Positions 9,013 through 18,221 are shown, counted from the first letter of the stretch. The stretch: DNA of 64,000 nucleotides from Acidimicrobiaceae bacterium (GCA_003133405.1 PKXH01000093.1:5111-69110); one strand, 5' to 3'. Notes: a model not told the origin generated them from the letters alone. Made by a program: numbers and translations.

Positions 9013-10605
9013 ATGCGCAAGGGGATCCGTTTTTCGACGGTTGCAGCAAGTCTTTCGTTGGTTGCCTTAAGCCTCGCCGTTGGCGGCATTTCCGCCTCGA
9101 GTGCGACCGTGCACCAAAGGGTCGAGTCCCATACGGCGACGATCATTACCCCGACGGTGAATGCTAACTACACCCTCAATCCCGAAGCTGTGCACCTCAG
9201 CGCTCAAGATCTGCATTTTCAAACCAGTAACTACACCGTTGCTCAGCAACTGACCTACATCGGCACTACTGCAATCCACGTCGGCAATATCATCGTTGTA
9301 TTGACCGCCACTGGACCGTTCTATGGCACAGTTGTCGCCGTCAATGGCCAAACACTCTCAACAAAACCGGCGACGCTAGGAGATATCTTCGAGGTTTTGG
9401 ACCTCACCGTCTCGTCGGCGACCGGAAGCGCTTCGACCGCTGGCAAGGGCGCCGGGACCGGCGCTCCGGCGCTTTCCACCTCTAAAGGCGCGAATGGCAA
9501 CTCTCCCAAAGGTTCGTCCCTTGTTGCGGAATCATCAACCGGGTCCATACAAACCGATCCAACCGCTCGCTCGGGGTCGGCGCCTCTCTTGACCGCAAAT
9601 TGTGATCCGGGCTATCCCACGCCCACTGTCACCTTCAACGCCACCGCGAACGCCGGCACGTTCAACCTCCAAGCATCCTTCAGCTGGGCAGGCCATCTCA
9701 AGTCGGCGAGTATCACCGATAACCCATCGTTTACCGTTTCCATGAGTGCAGCCGTCGCCGGAAACGGCACGTGCACCTTGAGCCAAGATCTCTTCGACGT
9801 GGATCTGCCCACGATTGAGTTCGTCATTGGCTGGGTCCCCGTCTGGATTACCCAAGACTTGTCTGCAACGGCGACACTTGTCGTCACGGCCAACGGTTCG
9901 GCCGCCATCAACGTTGGCTATAGCGCCCACGCAACGCTCGGGGCCGCGAAGCCCCAGGGTGGGTCCTGGGGCGTCATCAGAACGGGGTCGGTCACCACTC
10001 CCGTCACCACAGCGTTCAACATCACCGCCCAGGCCACACTTGATGTGCCGGTGACTTACGAGGCGGCGATCTACGGGCTCGCCGGCCTGAGCGTCACGGC
10101 GGACCCGTTTGCTGCCCTCGCGGTGAATCCCCCACCAGCGTGCAAACCGACACCCTCTCTCAAGCTCGACGGAGGCTTGAAGGGCTCGATCGGCGCCTTC
10201 GTCCACCTCGGCTCGCTCTACAGCTGGGACAACACCTTCGCCCAGTGGACGTTCTTCACGACAAACTTGATAGATCACCTCAACAACTGCCCCCCGATCA
10301 CAACCCATCTCAACATCACCACGGTCTCCAATTCGATACACACTGTCTTTACCCCCGGGGTGCCAGCGGGGAACACCATTCCCCTGGGTTCAACCGTGAT
10401 TATCCAAGACGTGGGGACGGCGAGTAAGTACAAACTGACGTTGACAGGTCCAGACGGCCTGAAGCACATTTCCAATGTGAAACCGACGGTTCCCTATAAC
10501 TACGTCCTTTCGCAATCGGGGAACTATTCGGTGAGCATTGGGGGAGGCATGGTCGGCTTCGGCAACCCGACGATCAGTAAGCAACTGACAATCACCGTGC
10601 CCTGA
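9013..10605 (+). CDS. Secreted Ser/Thr/Ala-rich protein of unknown function (530 aa)
   Basis: Signal-like N-terminus (FSTVAASLSLVALSLAVGG). Long ORF with GAGGGG upstream of the ATG. No recognisable catalytic motif. Confidence 0.6.
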   Translation: MRKGIRFSTVAASLSLVALSLAVGGISASSATVHQRVESHTATIITPTVNANYTLNPEAVHLSAQDLHFQTSNYTVAQQLTYIGTTAIHVGNIIVVLTATGPFYGTVVAVNGQTLSTKPATLGDIFEVLDLTVSSATGSASTAGKGAGTGAPALSTSKGANGNSPKGSSLVAESSTGSIQTDPTARSGSAPLLTANCDPGYPTPTVTFNATANAGTFNLQASFSWAGHLKSASITDNPSFTVSMSAAVAGNGTCTLSQDLFDVDLPTIEFVIGWVPVWITQDLSATATLVVTANGSAAINVGYSAHATLGAAKPQGGSWGVIRTGSVTTPVTTAFNITAQATLDVPVTYEAAIYGLAGLSVTADPFAALAVNPPPACKPTPSLKLDGGLKGSIGAFVHLGSLYSWDNTFAQWTFFTTNLIDHLNNCPPITTHLNITTVSNSIHTVFTPGVPAGNTIPLGSTVIIQDVGTASKYKLTLTGPDGLKHISNVKPTVPYNYVLSQSGNYSVSIGGGMVGFGNPTISKQLTITVP

Positions 10606-10743
10606 CCATTCCCACCCGTAACTAGAAGCACCCTCCGCACTTCCTTCAAGACCCAGAGTCACTTAGGGCGACTGGCTAGCGAATGTAGAGTTTCGTTCAT
10701 CATGTGGGTGAACATCAGTGGGGCACTTCAGGATTCCAACCGA

Positions 10744-10787
10744 GCCGCCAGTGCAAGGTTGCAGACTTGTCACGTCGGGTCCGTGAC
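10744..10787 (+). repeat. Array repeat R3
   Basis: GCCGCCAGTGCAAGGTTGCAGACTTGTCACGTCGGGTCCGTGAC. The right stem is fully Watson-Crick (GTCACG/CGTGAC). Confidence 0.85.
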
Positions 10788-11056
10788 TTGAAGTGTGTTT
10801 GCTTGCCTCCAGACCTTCTCTGCGTCGTAGAATGTGGAGATGGTGGACTCAGAACGCTTCTCAGGAATGTTGCCGAATCATTCGCGGCGGCTTCCATGGG
10901 CAGTACGTCATCGCCATCCTCAAAACCGACTGCTACGGCGACTCTCTTGGATCTGGAGCAATCCAATCACGATTGCAATCCCAAGTCAGATTCACAATCG
11001 TCGGGAAGACATTCGTGGTCTTGCCGGACGTCTTAGGCGACGGCCCTAGTCGATCA

Positions 11057-11104
11057 GTCGCCAGTGACTGGTGGCAGACCTGTGGCGTCGGGTCTCCGAC
11101 ACCA
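11057..11104 (+). repeat. Array repeat R4
   Basis: GTCGCCAGTGACTGGTGGCAGACCTGTGGCGTCGGGTCTCCGACACCA. Confidence 0.85.
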
Positions 11105-11191
11105 GTGATGACCCGTTTGGTTGACATCCCACAGGCGCAAAGACCATGGAGTGCAAAGTTCGCTCGGGCGTTCGTGACCGAGCTCAAGGAT

Positions 11192-11548
11192 TTATTCCAG
11201 TTCTTTCCAGTGCTCTCGACCGAAGAGACGACCGTATCGAGCAGTGAGGGAGGGACCCTCATCGCGGGCAGTGTCCGGATGCAGAACGAGGGTACCTTCG
11301 GGTGCCGGTAGAGCCGCTACTTGCTCGTCGGTCAACGCACAACGGATCAATGTCGTTGTGATTTCCGTGATTTGATCTCGGTCTACAAATCGCACTCCGT
11401 GCTTGGTCTTAACGGCAATACCGTCGAAGATGTCTAACTCCGGGATCCACAAGACATGTTCGACCGTTCCGAACTGGGTATCCGTGGAACTGAGTAAGGG
11501 TGTGCCAACTGGCACCCCTCGATATGAAATCGGCTGTCCTTCGTCCAT
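11192..11548 (-). CDS. Hypothetical protein, possibly PRC-barrel-like (118 aa)
   Basis: Only plausible ORF between R4 and R5. Opposite orientation to the repeats. The PRC-barrel resemblance (GTVEHVLWIP...DGIAVKT) is weak. Confidence 0.4.
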   Translation of the reverse strand: MDEGQPISYRGVPVGTPLLSSTDTQFGTVEHVLWIPELDIFDGIAVKTKHGVRFVDRDQITEITTTLIRCALTDEQVAALPAPEGTLVLHPDTARDEGPSLTARYGRLFGREHWKELE

Positions 11549-11674
11549 GGGCTTCCCTTCCTAATTCACTCGAATCTACCTGAGGTGTTGGATTCAAGAG
11601 TTAAGTCGCCCGCTGGCGCGTATGGGGTGGCGCCCGTCGTGGTCGGCAATCGACGGAGTCGACGGTTCATCAAG

Positions 11675-11737
11675 GTGTGGGTGGTTCAAGTCTCCAGTGC
11701 CTGGTTGCAGATCTGTTGCTGCGGGTCTCCGACACCA
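11675..11737 (+). repeat. Array repeat R5 with an extended tRNA-Leu T-arm remnant
   Basis: GTGTGGGTGGTTCAAGTCTCC (11675-11695) matches tRNA 7989-8011 GTGTGGGTTCAAGTCCCGTCTCC. It is followed by AGTGCCTGGTTGCAGATCTGTTGCTGCGGGTCTCCGACACCA. Confidence 0.85.
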
Positions 11738-11791
11738 ACCGTTCCGCGGTCGCGATCTGATTAAGGATGTTTCCGACCTAGCGTTGCTGAC

Positions 11792-12880
11792 GTGAAACTC
11801 TTCACCCGGTCCAGGCTCGCTGTCGGCGTAGTAACTGTGATGGCTATCCTTGTTGCGTACTGCGTTCCAATCGGTAATATCTCACGCGCTTATGCTTCGA
11901 ACGCACCGAAGGGCGCTGCCACACTTTTTTCGGTGGTGAGAAAGATTAGCTTCGGCAATTACGGTCCAGGCGCGAGCATTGCCGCTGTTGACGGACAGTC
12001 AATTTTCCTGACCGGAACCTTCCTTCACGGCAACAGCGCTCCAGCAACTCTGGTTCGTGTCGATCTCCAAAGTTTCACGGTGACGGCGCGAGCAAGGCTT
12101 CCAAGCGTCACGAGCGTCGCCTATGGCGACGACGCACTCTGGTGGGCCACCGGTGCGCCGCTCGGCAACGCTGGCACCACATTGACTCCCGGCCATGGGC
12201 GATTACTACTCAAGGTTGACCCTACGAGCCTGAAGGTCTTGGCACGCTTCGTGCTTCCAGGGCCGACGCTGCTGGTCACGGTGGCGCAGGGCAACGTCTG
12301 GGTTGCGACATCGACAGATCTATTCCGCGTTAACCCAAAGACCGGTGCGATCATTGCTAAGGTCGCTCTCGGTTTTTCCCCGGTGGCACTGGCTCCGTCT
12401 TTCAACAGTGCGTGGCTCTATGCACTTGGCGGTACAGCTAGAAGCCACTTGATATTGGCCGACTACTCTGCGGTCTCCGGACACCGTCTCGGTATCCGTC
12501 AGATTGCGGACTTCAGTGGCGGCCCGCTGGCTGTGGTACGTGGGGGAGTTTGGATTCCGGTGCAGAGCACCAAGACTCAGTCCACGACAGCGCGACTCTT
12601 CAAAGGTCGACGCTTCACTCCCAGCTCATCAGTGGGAAAGTTCACATTTGATACCCAAGCGTATGTCGAAGCCAACATTCTGTGGCTGATCGACGCGGGC
12701 GGACGTGGGCCGACAGTGTGCGCCAATCCCGCGAACGGGATCATACGAGCCAAAGGGAGTCCGGTCGGAGTTGAGTACGGAGCTGCGGCGATTGACGGGG
12801 GCAGTACGTACCTGCTGCGCAACACTGGTACCAACGAATCTCTGCTCAAGATAGTCGCTTCGTCGGATTGCTCTCGATGA
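11792..12880 (+). CDS. Secreted or membrane-anchored protein of unknown function (362 aa)
   Basis: GTG start. N-terminal hydrophobic anchor (LAVGVVTVMAILVAYCV). Long uninterrupted ORF. Confidence 0.6.
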   Translation: MKLFTRSRLAVGVVTVMAILVAYCVPIGNISRAYASNAPKGAATLFSVVRKISFGNYGPGASIAAVDGQSIFLTGTFLHGNSAPATLVRVDLQSFTVTARARLPSVTSVAYGDDALWWATGAPLGNAGTTLTPGHGRLLLKVDPTSLKVLARFVLPGPTLLVTVAQGNVWVATSTDLFRVNPKTGAIIAKVALGFSPVALAPSFNSAWLYALGGTARSHLILADYSAVSGHRLGIRQIADFSGGPLAVVRGGVWIPVQSTKTQSTTARLFKGRRFTPSSSVGKFTFDTQAYVEANILWLIDAGGRGPTVCANPANGIIRAKGSPVGVEYGAAAIDGGSTYLLRNTGTNESLLKIVASSDCSR

Positions 12881-12964
12881 GACCGCGTTGACGCAATGCG
12901 ATTATTTGCACATCGCCAATTCTGACGGGTCAAACCGCCAATATTCCGAGCCACATGGAACATA

Positions 12965-13513
12965 ATGGGGAACGTGAGTCGCACAACACCCACGCTGTTC
13001 GTCATGGTTGGTCTGCCAGCATCTGGGAAGAGCACACGGGCCAAGCAGATTGAAGAAGAACGTCGCGCCTTGAGGCTGACTCCCGACGAGTGGATGATCC
13101 CACTGTTCAACGACAATGACGCCAACGGGAAGCGTAACGTCCTCGAGGGCCGCTTTATTTGGCTCGCGCTTCGCGCCCTGCGCCATGGTATCGACGTCGT
13201 CTTGGACTTCGGTGTCTGGGGCAAGGACGAGCGAACCGCCCTCCGAGCCCTCGCCGCCGCGGCGGGGGCGTCGTGCGAACTCGTCTATCTCGAGATTGAC
13301 GAAGACCAACAGCGACGACGGCGTGACGCTCGTGCTTCTGAGGATTCTGAGACGACCTTCGACATCTCCGATGAAGACCTTGATGAGTACCGGCGACGTT
13401 TCGTGCCTCCCAATGACGCCGAACTATCAGAAGCCGAACTTGACCCGCCTCCGGCTGGCTACACCAACTGGAGCTCGTGGGCCTCCGAATGGTGGCCAAC
13501 ATCGTTCCAGTGA
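12965..13513 (+). CDS. P-loop (AAA_33-type) kinase/ATPase
   Basis: Walker A VMVGLPASGKST near the N-terminus. 182 aa, typical size for a small-molecule or polynucleotide kinase fold. Confidence 0.75.
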   Translation: MGNVSRTTPTLFVMVGLPASGKSTRAKQIEEERRALRLTPDEWMIPLFNDNDANGKRNVLEGRFIWLALRALRHGIDVVLDFGVWGKDERTALRALAAAAGASCELVYLEIDEDQQRRRRDARASEDSETTFDISDEDLDEYRRRFVPPNDAELSEAELDPPPAGYTNWSSWASEWWPTSFQ

Positions 13514-13563
13514 GCGTCACGCTGCTCGCCAGTGTTTGGGACCGACTCGCTCCCTCTAATGAA

Positions 13564-13612
13564 GCCGCCAGTGCCCCTTGGTGGCAGAGCGAGCGGGACG
13601 GCCCTGCGACAC
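13564..13612 (+). repeat. Array repeat R6a (diverged right half)
   Basis: GCCGCCAGTGCCCCTTGGTGGCAGAGCGAGCGGGACGGCCCTGCGACAC. The left stem GCCGCC/GGTGGC pairs at all six positions. Confidence 0.7.
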
Positions 13613-13646
13613 GAACCCACACGGTTCACCTCATCCGCTAAAGAGA

Positions 13647-13682
13647 GGTTGCAGACCTGTTACGTCGGGTCTCTGACACCAG
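13647..13682 (+). repeat. Array repeat R6b (right two-thirds only)
   Basis: GGTTGCAGACCTGTTACGTCGGGTCTCTGACACCAG. Lacks the CCAGTG left end. Lies 34 nt after R6a. Confidence 0.75.
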
Positions 13683-13763
13683 CCAGAAACTCACGACAAT
13701 TCGCTGTCGTTTGATACCAGAACTGGCAAGTGGGTTTTCTAGCATTCTCTGCCCAGTCGGCCT

Positions 13764-14099
13764 CTATTTCGAAGTTGCGAGTAAGTAAATGACCATGGCT
13801 AGTAAGAGGATGAACGAGGCAACGAACACCAAGCCATTTATTGCTCTGACAACGGAGACAATCCGCTTGAGCCAGGTCGGGGTCTGAGAAACGTGACGTC
13901 GATAAAGGACTGCCCAAACAGGAGTTAGCAGGGCGACCAGGACCATCGGAAGCAATAAGGCAACCAAGATCGATCCCGAAGTCACAGCTACCTTTATACC
14001 GTGTAGTTCGCATTCCTTCGCCTTGACTGCGATTGGCAAATCGCAGTTTTTGTAGTGCTCTGCACTAAAGACCAATCCTGTCGTTAATTGAGTCGCCAA
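13764..14099 (-). CDS. Hypothetical small membrane protein (111 aa)
   Basis: Two hydrophobic helices. Lies in a visibly AT-richer pocket. No homology recognisable. Confidence 0.4.
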   Translation of the reverse strand: MATQLTTGLVFSAEHYKNCDLPIAVKAKECELHGIKVAVTSGSILVALLLPMVLVALLTPVWAVLYRRHVSQTPTWLKRIVSVVRAINGLVFVASFILLLAMVIYLLATSK

Positions 14100-14188
14100 T
14101 TCTTGATACCAGACCCATCACGTCGGTCAGCGTCCACACGAATTGCGGTTGGGGACCTAGATCGTTCCCATCTCTCGATGTCTGGGAG

Positions 14189-14647
14189 TTGAAGAGACAG
14201 ACTGTTGGAGTGACGGGCATTAGTGGCATTGTGCGCCGCGCAACTTCAATGGACCTTCAAGCGGTGTTGGAGCTTGACCGCATTGCGCCAGTTGGTCACG
14301 AGCGGGGTGAACTTCTCACGACTCGTGTGCAGTCCGGCGAGGTCATCCTCCTTGAGCACGAAGGGCGCGTATCAGGCTACGCCGTCATTAGATCCCACTC
14401 GTTCTTTGGGCGCGACTTTGTCGAGTTGCTGGCGGTGGCCGCTAGCGAACGCCGTCACGGCGTTGGCAGCCATTTACTCCAGCAAGCCGTCGCTCTGTCC
14501 TCTAGCAGTCGGATCTTCACCTCGACCAATCGATCCAATATTCAGATGGTCGGCATGTTAGAGAAGGAAGGCTGGAAATTCAGTGGACAACTTGAGGGGA
14601 TCGACGAGGGAGATCCAGAGCTGGTTTATTACAAAACCTCACCGTGA
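14189..14647 (+). CDS. GNAT-family N-acetyltransferase
   Basis: Motif A RRHGVGSHLLQQAV. The start is uncertain: TTG at 14189 or in-frame GTG at 14231. Confidence 0.75.
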   Translation: MKRQTVGVTGISGIVRRATSMDLQAVLELDRIAPVGHERGELLTTRVQSGEVILLEHEGRVSGYAVIRSHSFFGRDFVELLAVAASERRHGVGSHLLQQAVALSSSSRIFTSTNRSNIQMVGMLEKEGWKFSGQLEGIDEGDPELVYYKTSP

Positions 14648-14684
14648 GTTCCTCTTCGACACAATCAAGACTCGGACGGATCAA

Positions 14685-14728
14685 GCCGCCAGTGAAAGGG
14701 GGCAGATCGTTTGCGTCGGGTCGCGGAC
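14685..14728 (+). repeat. Array repeat R7
   Basis: GCCGCCAGTGAAAGGGGGCAGATCGTTTGCGTCGGGTCGCGGAC, preceded by the T-loop-like GGATCAAGCC. Begins 38 nt after the GNAT stop. Confidence 0.8.
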
Positions 14729-14876
14729 TTAGCGGTTCTCAGATATCTCACTAGACACTTGGGCATCCGTAACGACCGAGGCGCCGATGCGTGAACTCTT
14801 CGTCGCCTGTTTCGCCGCTCGACGCGACGCTAAGGCTTTGTGCGAAAACAAAGCTAACTATAAGTAGTATGACGCC

Positions 14877-15407
14877 ATGTTGAGGTTACGCACGATTTGG
14901 GCGATTGGATTATTGCTCTCGGGAGCTCCGGTGTTGGCGACTTCTGCTTCGGCGTCGACGCGACCAGAGCCTGCATGTTCAAGCGCTCAGTTAGTTGTCT
15001 TAGCGAGCGGATCACTCGCTGCCGCCGGGAACGGCTCTATGGCATTCGACGTAGTGAATCGCGGCGCGAGTTGTCGGATTGATGGATATCCCTCGGTGAC
15101 CTTTCTCAACGCAATAGGTCGTGCGGTCGACAATAGGGACTTTCACAATTCGTCCTCGATGCTCTTCGCAGAACCGAAAGCGTCAATGGTCACTATTGCG
15201 CGTAACGGTGTCGCGACGTTCGGGGTTTCCTGGGGCAATAATCCCGTCAATGATGAGGCGTGCCCACTGTCGGCCAACGCCGTGGTCGAATTGCGCAGTG
15301 GCGTGGAAAACTTCTGGGGCGAGGTTCCGATTGATCCTTCACCGTGTGGAAACTATTTGGTCGTGACACCAATCGAGTCTGGGGCGTGGCCGCGACCAAA
15401 CGGCTAG
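14877..15407 (+). CDS. Secreted DUF4232-like protein
   Basis: Signal peptide. The pattern C-x3-QL...AAGN...N.G..SC.IDGYPSV is typical of DUF4232. Confidence 0.65.
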   Translation: MLRLRTIWAIGLLLSGAPVLATSASASTRPEPACSSAQLVVLASGSLAAAGNGSMAFDVVNRGASCRIDGYPSVTFLNAIGRAVDNRDFHNSSSMLFAEPKASMVTIARNGVATFGVSWGNNPVNDEACPLSANAVVELRSGVENFWGEVPIDPSPCGNYLVVTPIESGAWPRPNG

Positions 15408-15432
15408 TCGATTTATGGTCTTCTGGTGGCGA

Positions 15433-15482
15433 GTCGCCGATGCTTGGTTGCAGACTTGTTGCGTCGGGCCTCCGACACCAGG
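15433..15482 (+). repeat. Array repeat R8
   Basis: GTCGCCGATGCTTGGTTGCAGACTTGTTGCGTCGGGCCTCCGACACCAGG. Begins 26 nt after the stop codon. Confidence 0.85.
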
Positions 15483-15763
15483 AAGGCTCAGGCCACCGAT
15501 CGGCAATACTCGGTTTCGGAACATGTCGCGGCGCTCTTCCGACATGAACGCCGGCGTTCTGCCACCGTCCAGTATCTGATAGTAACGCGACGTCGTCAGG
15601 TCCCAAGTTCCGGTTCATTCAGTTGGGTCATTACTCGGACGATTTCGGGGATTCTCGGATCGACTTCGCCGAACAGTCCACACCTTGGGGAGAGACCCAG
15701 TCAATGGCTCGTTGTGACGAAGGTCCCTAGCGGCTGGCAGAGACGACGGGTAATGCTGAAAAC

Positions 15764-16450
15764 GTGAGTAAGAAGGTGGTGGTCGCAGTTGTCAGCGCCT
15801 TGGTCGTTGTGGGCGCACTGGGGGTTGCGGCGGGGCGGCAATGGGGGTCAGCGCCGACGTCGCCGACGTCATCGACCACCAGCACGCTTCGCCAGGTCCC
15901 GCAACCTGAAACGGCAATATGGCCCTTCGCTTCGACCGTGACACGATTTGGTGACCCAGTACTGGCGGCCCAGGCGTTCGCCACGGACTACCTGGGAATG
16001 GTCACTCCAATAATGGGTGCCTTTCAACAGGGCGATAGTCGTTCGGGTGAAGTTCCAGTCAGAGCCACACCAACCGGCGCCGTGACTTCGATTCTGGTAC
16101 GAGAGTTGACTTTGGCGAACTCGTGGTGGGTAATTGGCGCGTCATGTACGGACATCGTCGTGGCGGCCCCTTCGTCATCTGAAAGCATTTCTTCACCAGT
16201 GAAACTCCGAGGACGAAGTACCGCATATGAAGCGGTCGTCAACGTCGAAGTTCGCCAGGACGGGACGCTCGCCGCGCTGAAGAGTGACACCGTGATGGGT
16301 GGCTCCATGGGTGTCATGGGCGCGTTTACTAAGTCGATGGCGTTCACAGTGCCGTCGTCTCGAGGAGGAGCGCTCTTGTTCCGCACGCTCTCCGCCAAGG
16401 ATGGGCATGTCATTGAGGCCAGCGTCGTCCGCGTTGCTTTTCTGAAGTGA
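15764..16450 (+). CDS. Membrane-anchored protein with a Gmad2-type Ig-like domain (tentative)
   Basis: N-terminal TM segment, Ser/Thr linker and a C-terminal beta-rich domain (ISSPVKLRGRSTAYEAVVNVEVRQDG...) resembling Gmad2. Confidence 0.55.
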   Translation: MSKKVVVAVVSALVVVGALGVAAGRQWGSAPTSPTSSTTSTLRQVPQPETAIWPFASTVTRFGDPVLAAQAFATDYLGMVTPIMGAFQQGDSRSGEVPVRATPTGAVTSILVRELTLANSWWVIGASCTDIVVAAPSSSESISSPVKLRGRSTAYEAVVNVEVRQDGTLAALKSDTVMGGSMGVMGAFTKSMAFTVPSSRGGALLFRTLSAKDGHVIEASVVRVAFLK

Positions 16451-16527
16451 TGTGCCACTCAATGCCGGCGGCGGTCCTCGGCACTATCGGACCAAAGCAG
16501 AAGCGTTAGCCGAAGTAGATTCAACCA

Positions 16528-17274
16528 ATGGTTGACAACAATCGGAAGCGAGCCACGGTGATCGGCCTGATTTCTGTCGCAACGATTGTCGTCGTGGCTC
16601 TGATCGTTGCGAATAGAGCGCAGAGTAATCGGCCTTCGGCGCCACAGTCGGTCAACGCATCTGCCGGCAATGGCTTCGCCAACGTGAGTTGGTCACGGCC
16701 CACGTCAACCGGGGGTCGCGAGTTGACAAGATATATCGTGACCCCACATCCGGCTAATGGTGCGTGCGTCACCACGGCCGCGACCACTACGTGCACCATC
16801 TGGGAACTGACCAATGGAACGTCGTATACGTTTACGGTTGTTGCGAAGAACGCTAAGGGGGCCGGTCCGAGTTCGAGCCCTTCGAGCGCGGTCACACCGA
16901 GAACTTCGATTCGAGTGCTGCCGATCTGTGACGTGGGCGTCGTCAGACCGACCAAAGCGGTCTCTGCGCAGGTTGTCGCTGCCGTCTCCGCCTACTATGC
17001 AGCACGACATCTGACCCCTATCAAGTTCGTGCGAAGCCAAGAGACGATTCTCAATGTCCACGAGTGGCCAGTTGGCTTCAATTACTGCCGGAATGTGGGC
17101 GCAGGCGTGAGTGGCGAAGGCGGATTCGTCCCCTCGAACGCCACCGCGGCGGTGATGGTGCTTGTGGATCACAAGCCTGATCCGGTCACCGGATTCTCAA
17201 CACATTTCGTAAGCGTGGCACTGATTCCAAGTGTTGGTTGGAGGGTCGTCGGCGAGTTCACTGGGTGGCTCTAG
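16528..17274 (+). CDS. Membrane-anchored fibronectin type III domain protein
   Basis: PSAPQSVNASAGNGFANVSWSRPTSTGG...YTFTVVAKNAKGAGPSS is a clear FN3 signature. Confidence 0.65.
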   Translation: MVDNNRKRATVIGLISVATIVVVALIVANRAQSNRPSAPQSVNASAGNGFANVSWSRPTSTGGRELTRYIVTPHPANGACVTTAATTTCTIWELTNGTSYTFTVVAKNAKGAGPSSSPSSAVTPRTSIRVLPICDVGVVRPTKAVSAQVVAAVSAYYAARHLTPIKFVRSQETILNVHEWPVGFNYCRNVGAGVSGEGGFVPSNATAAVMVLVDHKPDPVTGFSTHFVSVALIPSVGWRVVGEFTGWL

Positions 17275-17332
17275 CGCATAGTGGCATCCATGAGGCGGCC
17301 CCCAATGCCTATCAGGGCAATGAGGTCTCGGG

Positions 17333-17380
17333 CTTCCAACGCAAAGTTGCACTTCTGTTGCGTCGGGTCGCCAACACCAG
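17333..17380 (+). repeat. Array repeat R9
   Basis: CTTCCAACGCAAAGTTGCACTTCTGTTGCGTCGGGTCGCCAACACCAG. Confidence 0.8.
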
Positions 17381-17402
17381 TCAGATTTCGGATGCTGAAC
17401 CG

Positions 17403-18221
17403 TTATAAGACCGAGCTCGGCTTGTGGGCGAGGATCGTGAACGACAGTGGAATTCGGGGACGACCTTCGGGTACGACGAGCAAGCCCGACTCGGTCTCCT
17501 CCAGCCAGGGGAACTGATGAAATAACGTCCAGTCGTGTTCGGTCAGCGAATCAAGCACGAGACCGTGTCCAAGTAATGCCGCAACCATCTCGCCAATGGA
17601 ATGGTTCCACTCGTAGGTTCTAATGGCGCTGAGTTCTTCGCCGTCAGTGTATGTAGAAGTGCTGTCAAAAATTTGAGGTTCATCGGGATCTTCGTAGTAG
17701 CTGTAGACGACTCGCTCTCCGTCACCGTCGAAGCACGAAGAAAACGGGTGAACGTCGTGGAGATACAGCCTGCTCCCCGGAGCGAGGAGGTCCGCCACGA
17801 CCTCACCCCACGCAGCCACGTCCGGCAGCCAGCAAAGCGAACCGAGGCTGACGTAAACAACGTCGAATCGCTTCCGCTGGAGTGCCTCGGACGCGTCGTA
17901 GACATTCGCGCAAACGAAGGACGCGTGCTCGGATAGCCCTGCGCGTTCCGCGAGTGAATTGGCCTCGTCAATGGCCGCTGTAGAAAAGTCGAGACCGGTG
18001 ACGTTCGCCCCGGCTCTGGCCCAACTCAAAGTATCCATCCCGAAATGACATTGCAGGTGTACCAGTGTTTTTCCTTCTAGGTCTCCTAGCGCCTCGACCT
18101 CTCGAGGTGGTGGTCCTGGTGCGTTGTGAAGCCAACCTTCAACATCGTAGAACCGAGACTTAGCGTGCACCTCAACGCGACTATTCCAATTCTTAAGATT
18201 GGATTCGAGTCGAGGTTCCAT
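17403..18221 (-). CDS. Class I SAM-dependent methyltransferase
   Basis: HLQCHFGMDTLSWARAGANVTGLDFS (motif I region). 272 aa. Confidence 0.8.
   Translation of the reverse strand: MEPRLESNLKNWNSRVEVHAKSRFYDVEGWLHNAPGPPPREVEALGDLEGKTLVHLQCHFGMDTLSWARAGANVTGLDFSTAAIDEANSLAERAGLSEHASFVCANVYDASEALQRKRFDVVYVSLGSLCWLPDVAAWGEVVADLLAPGSRLYLHDVHPFSSCFDGDGERVVYSYYEDPDEPQIFDSTSTYTDGEELSAIRTYEWNHSIGEMVAALLGHGLVLDSLTEHDWTLFHQFPWLEETESGLLVVPEGRPRIPLSFTILAHKPSSVL

Noticed and set aside
10704-11311. ORFs 10704..11036, 10793..11311, 10834..11049 and 10933..11262 as cassette genes
   Set aside because: They are mutually overlapping in different frames and run straight through repeats R3 and R4. They have no start context or motifs. 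The R3-R4 interval is treated as an empty unit.
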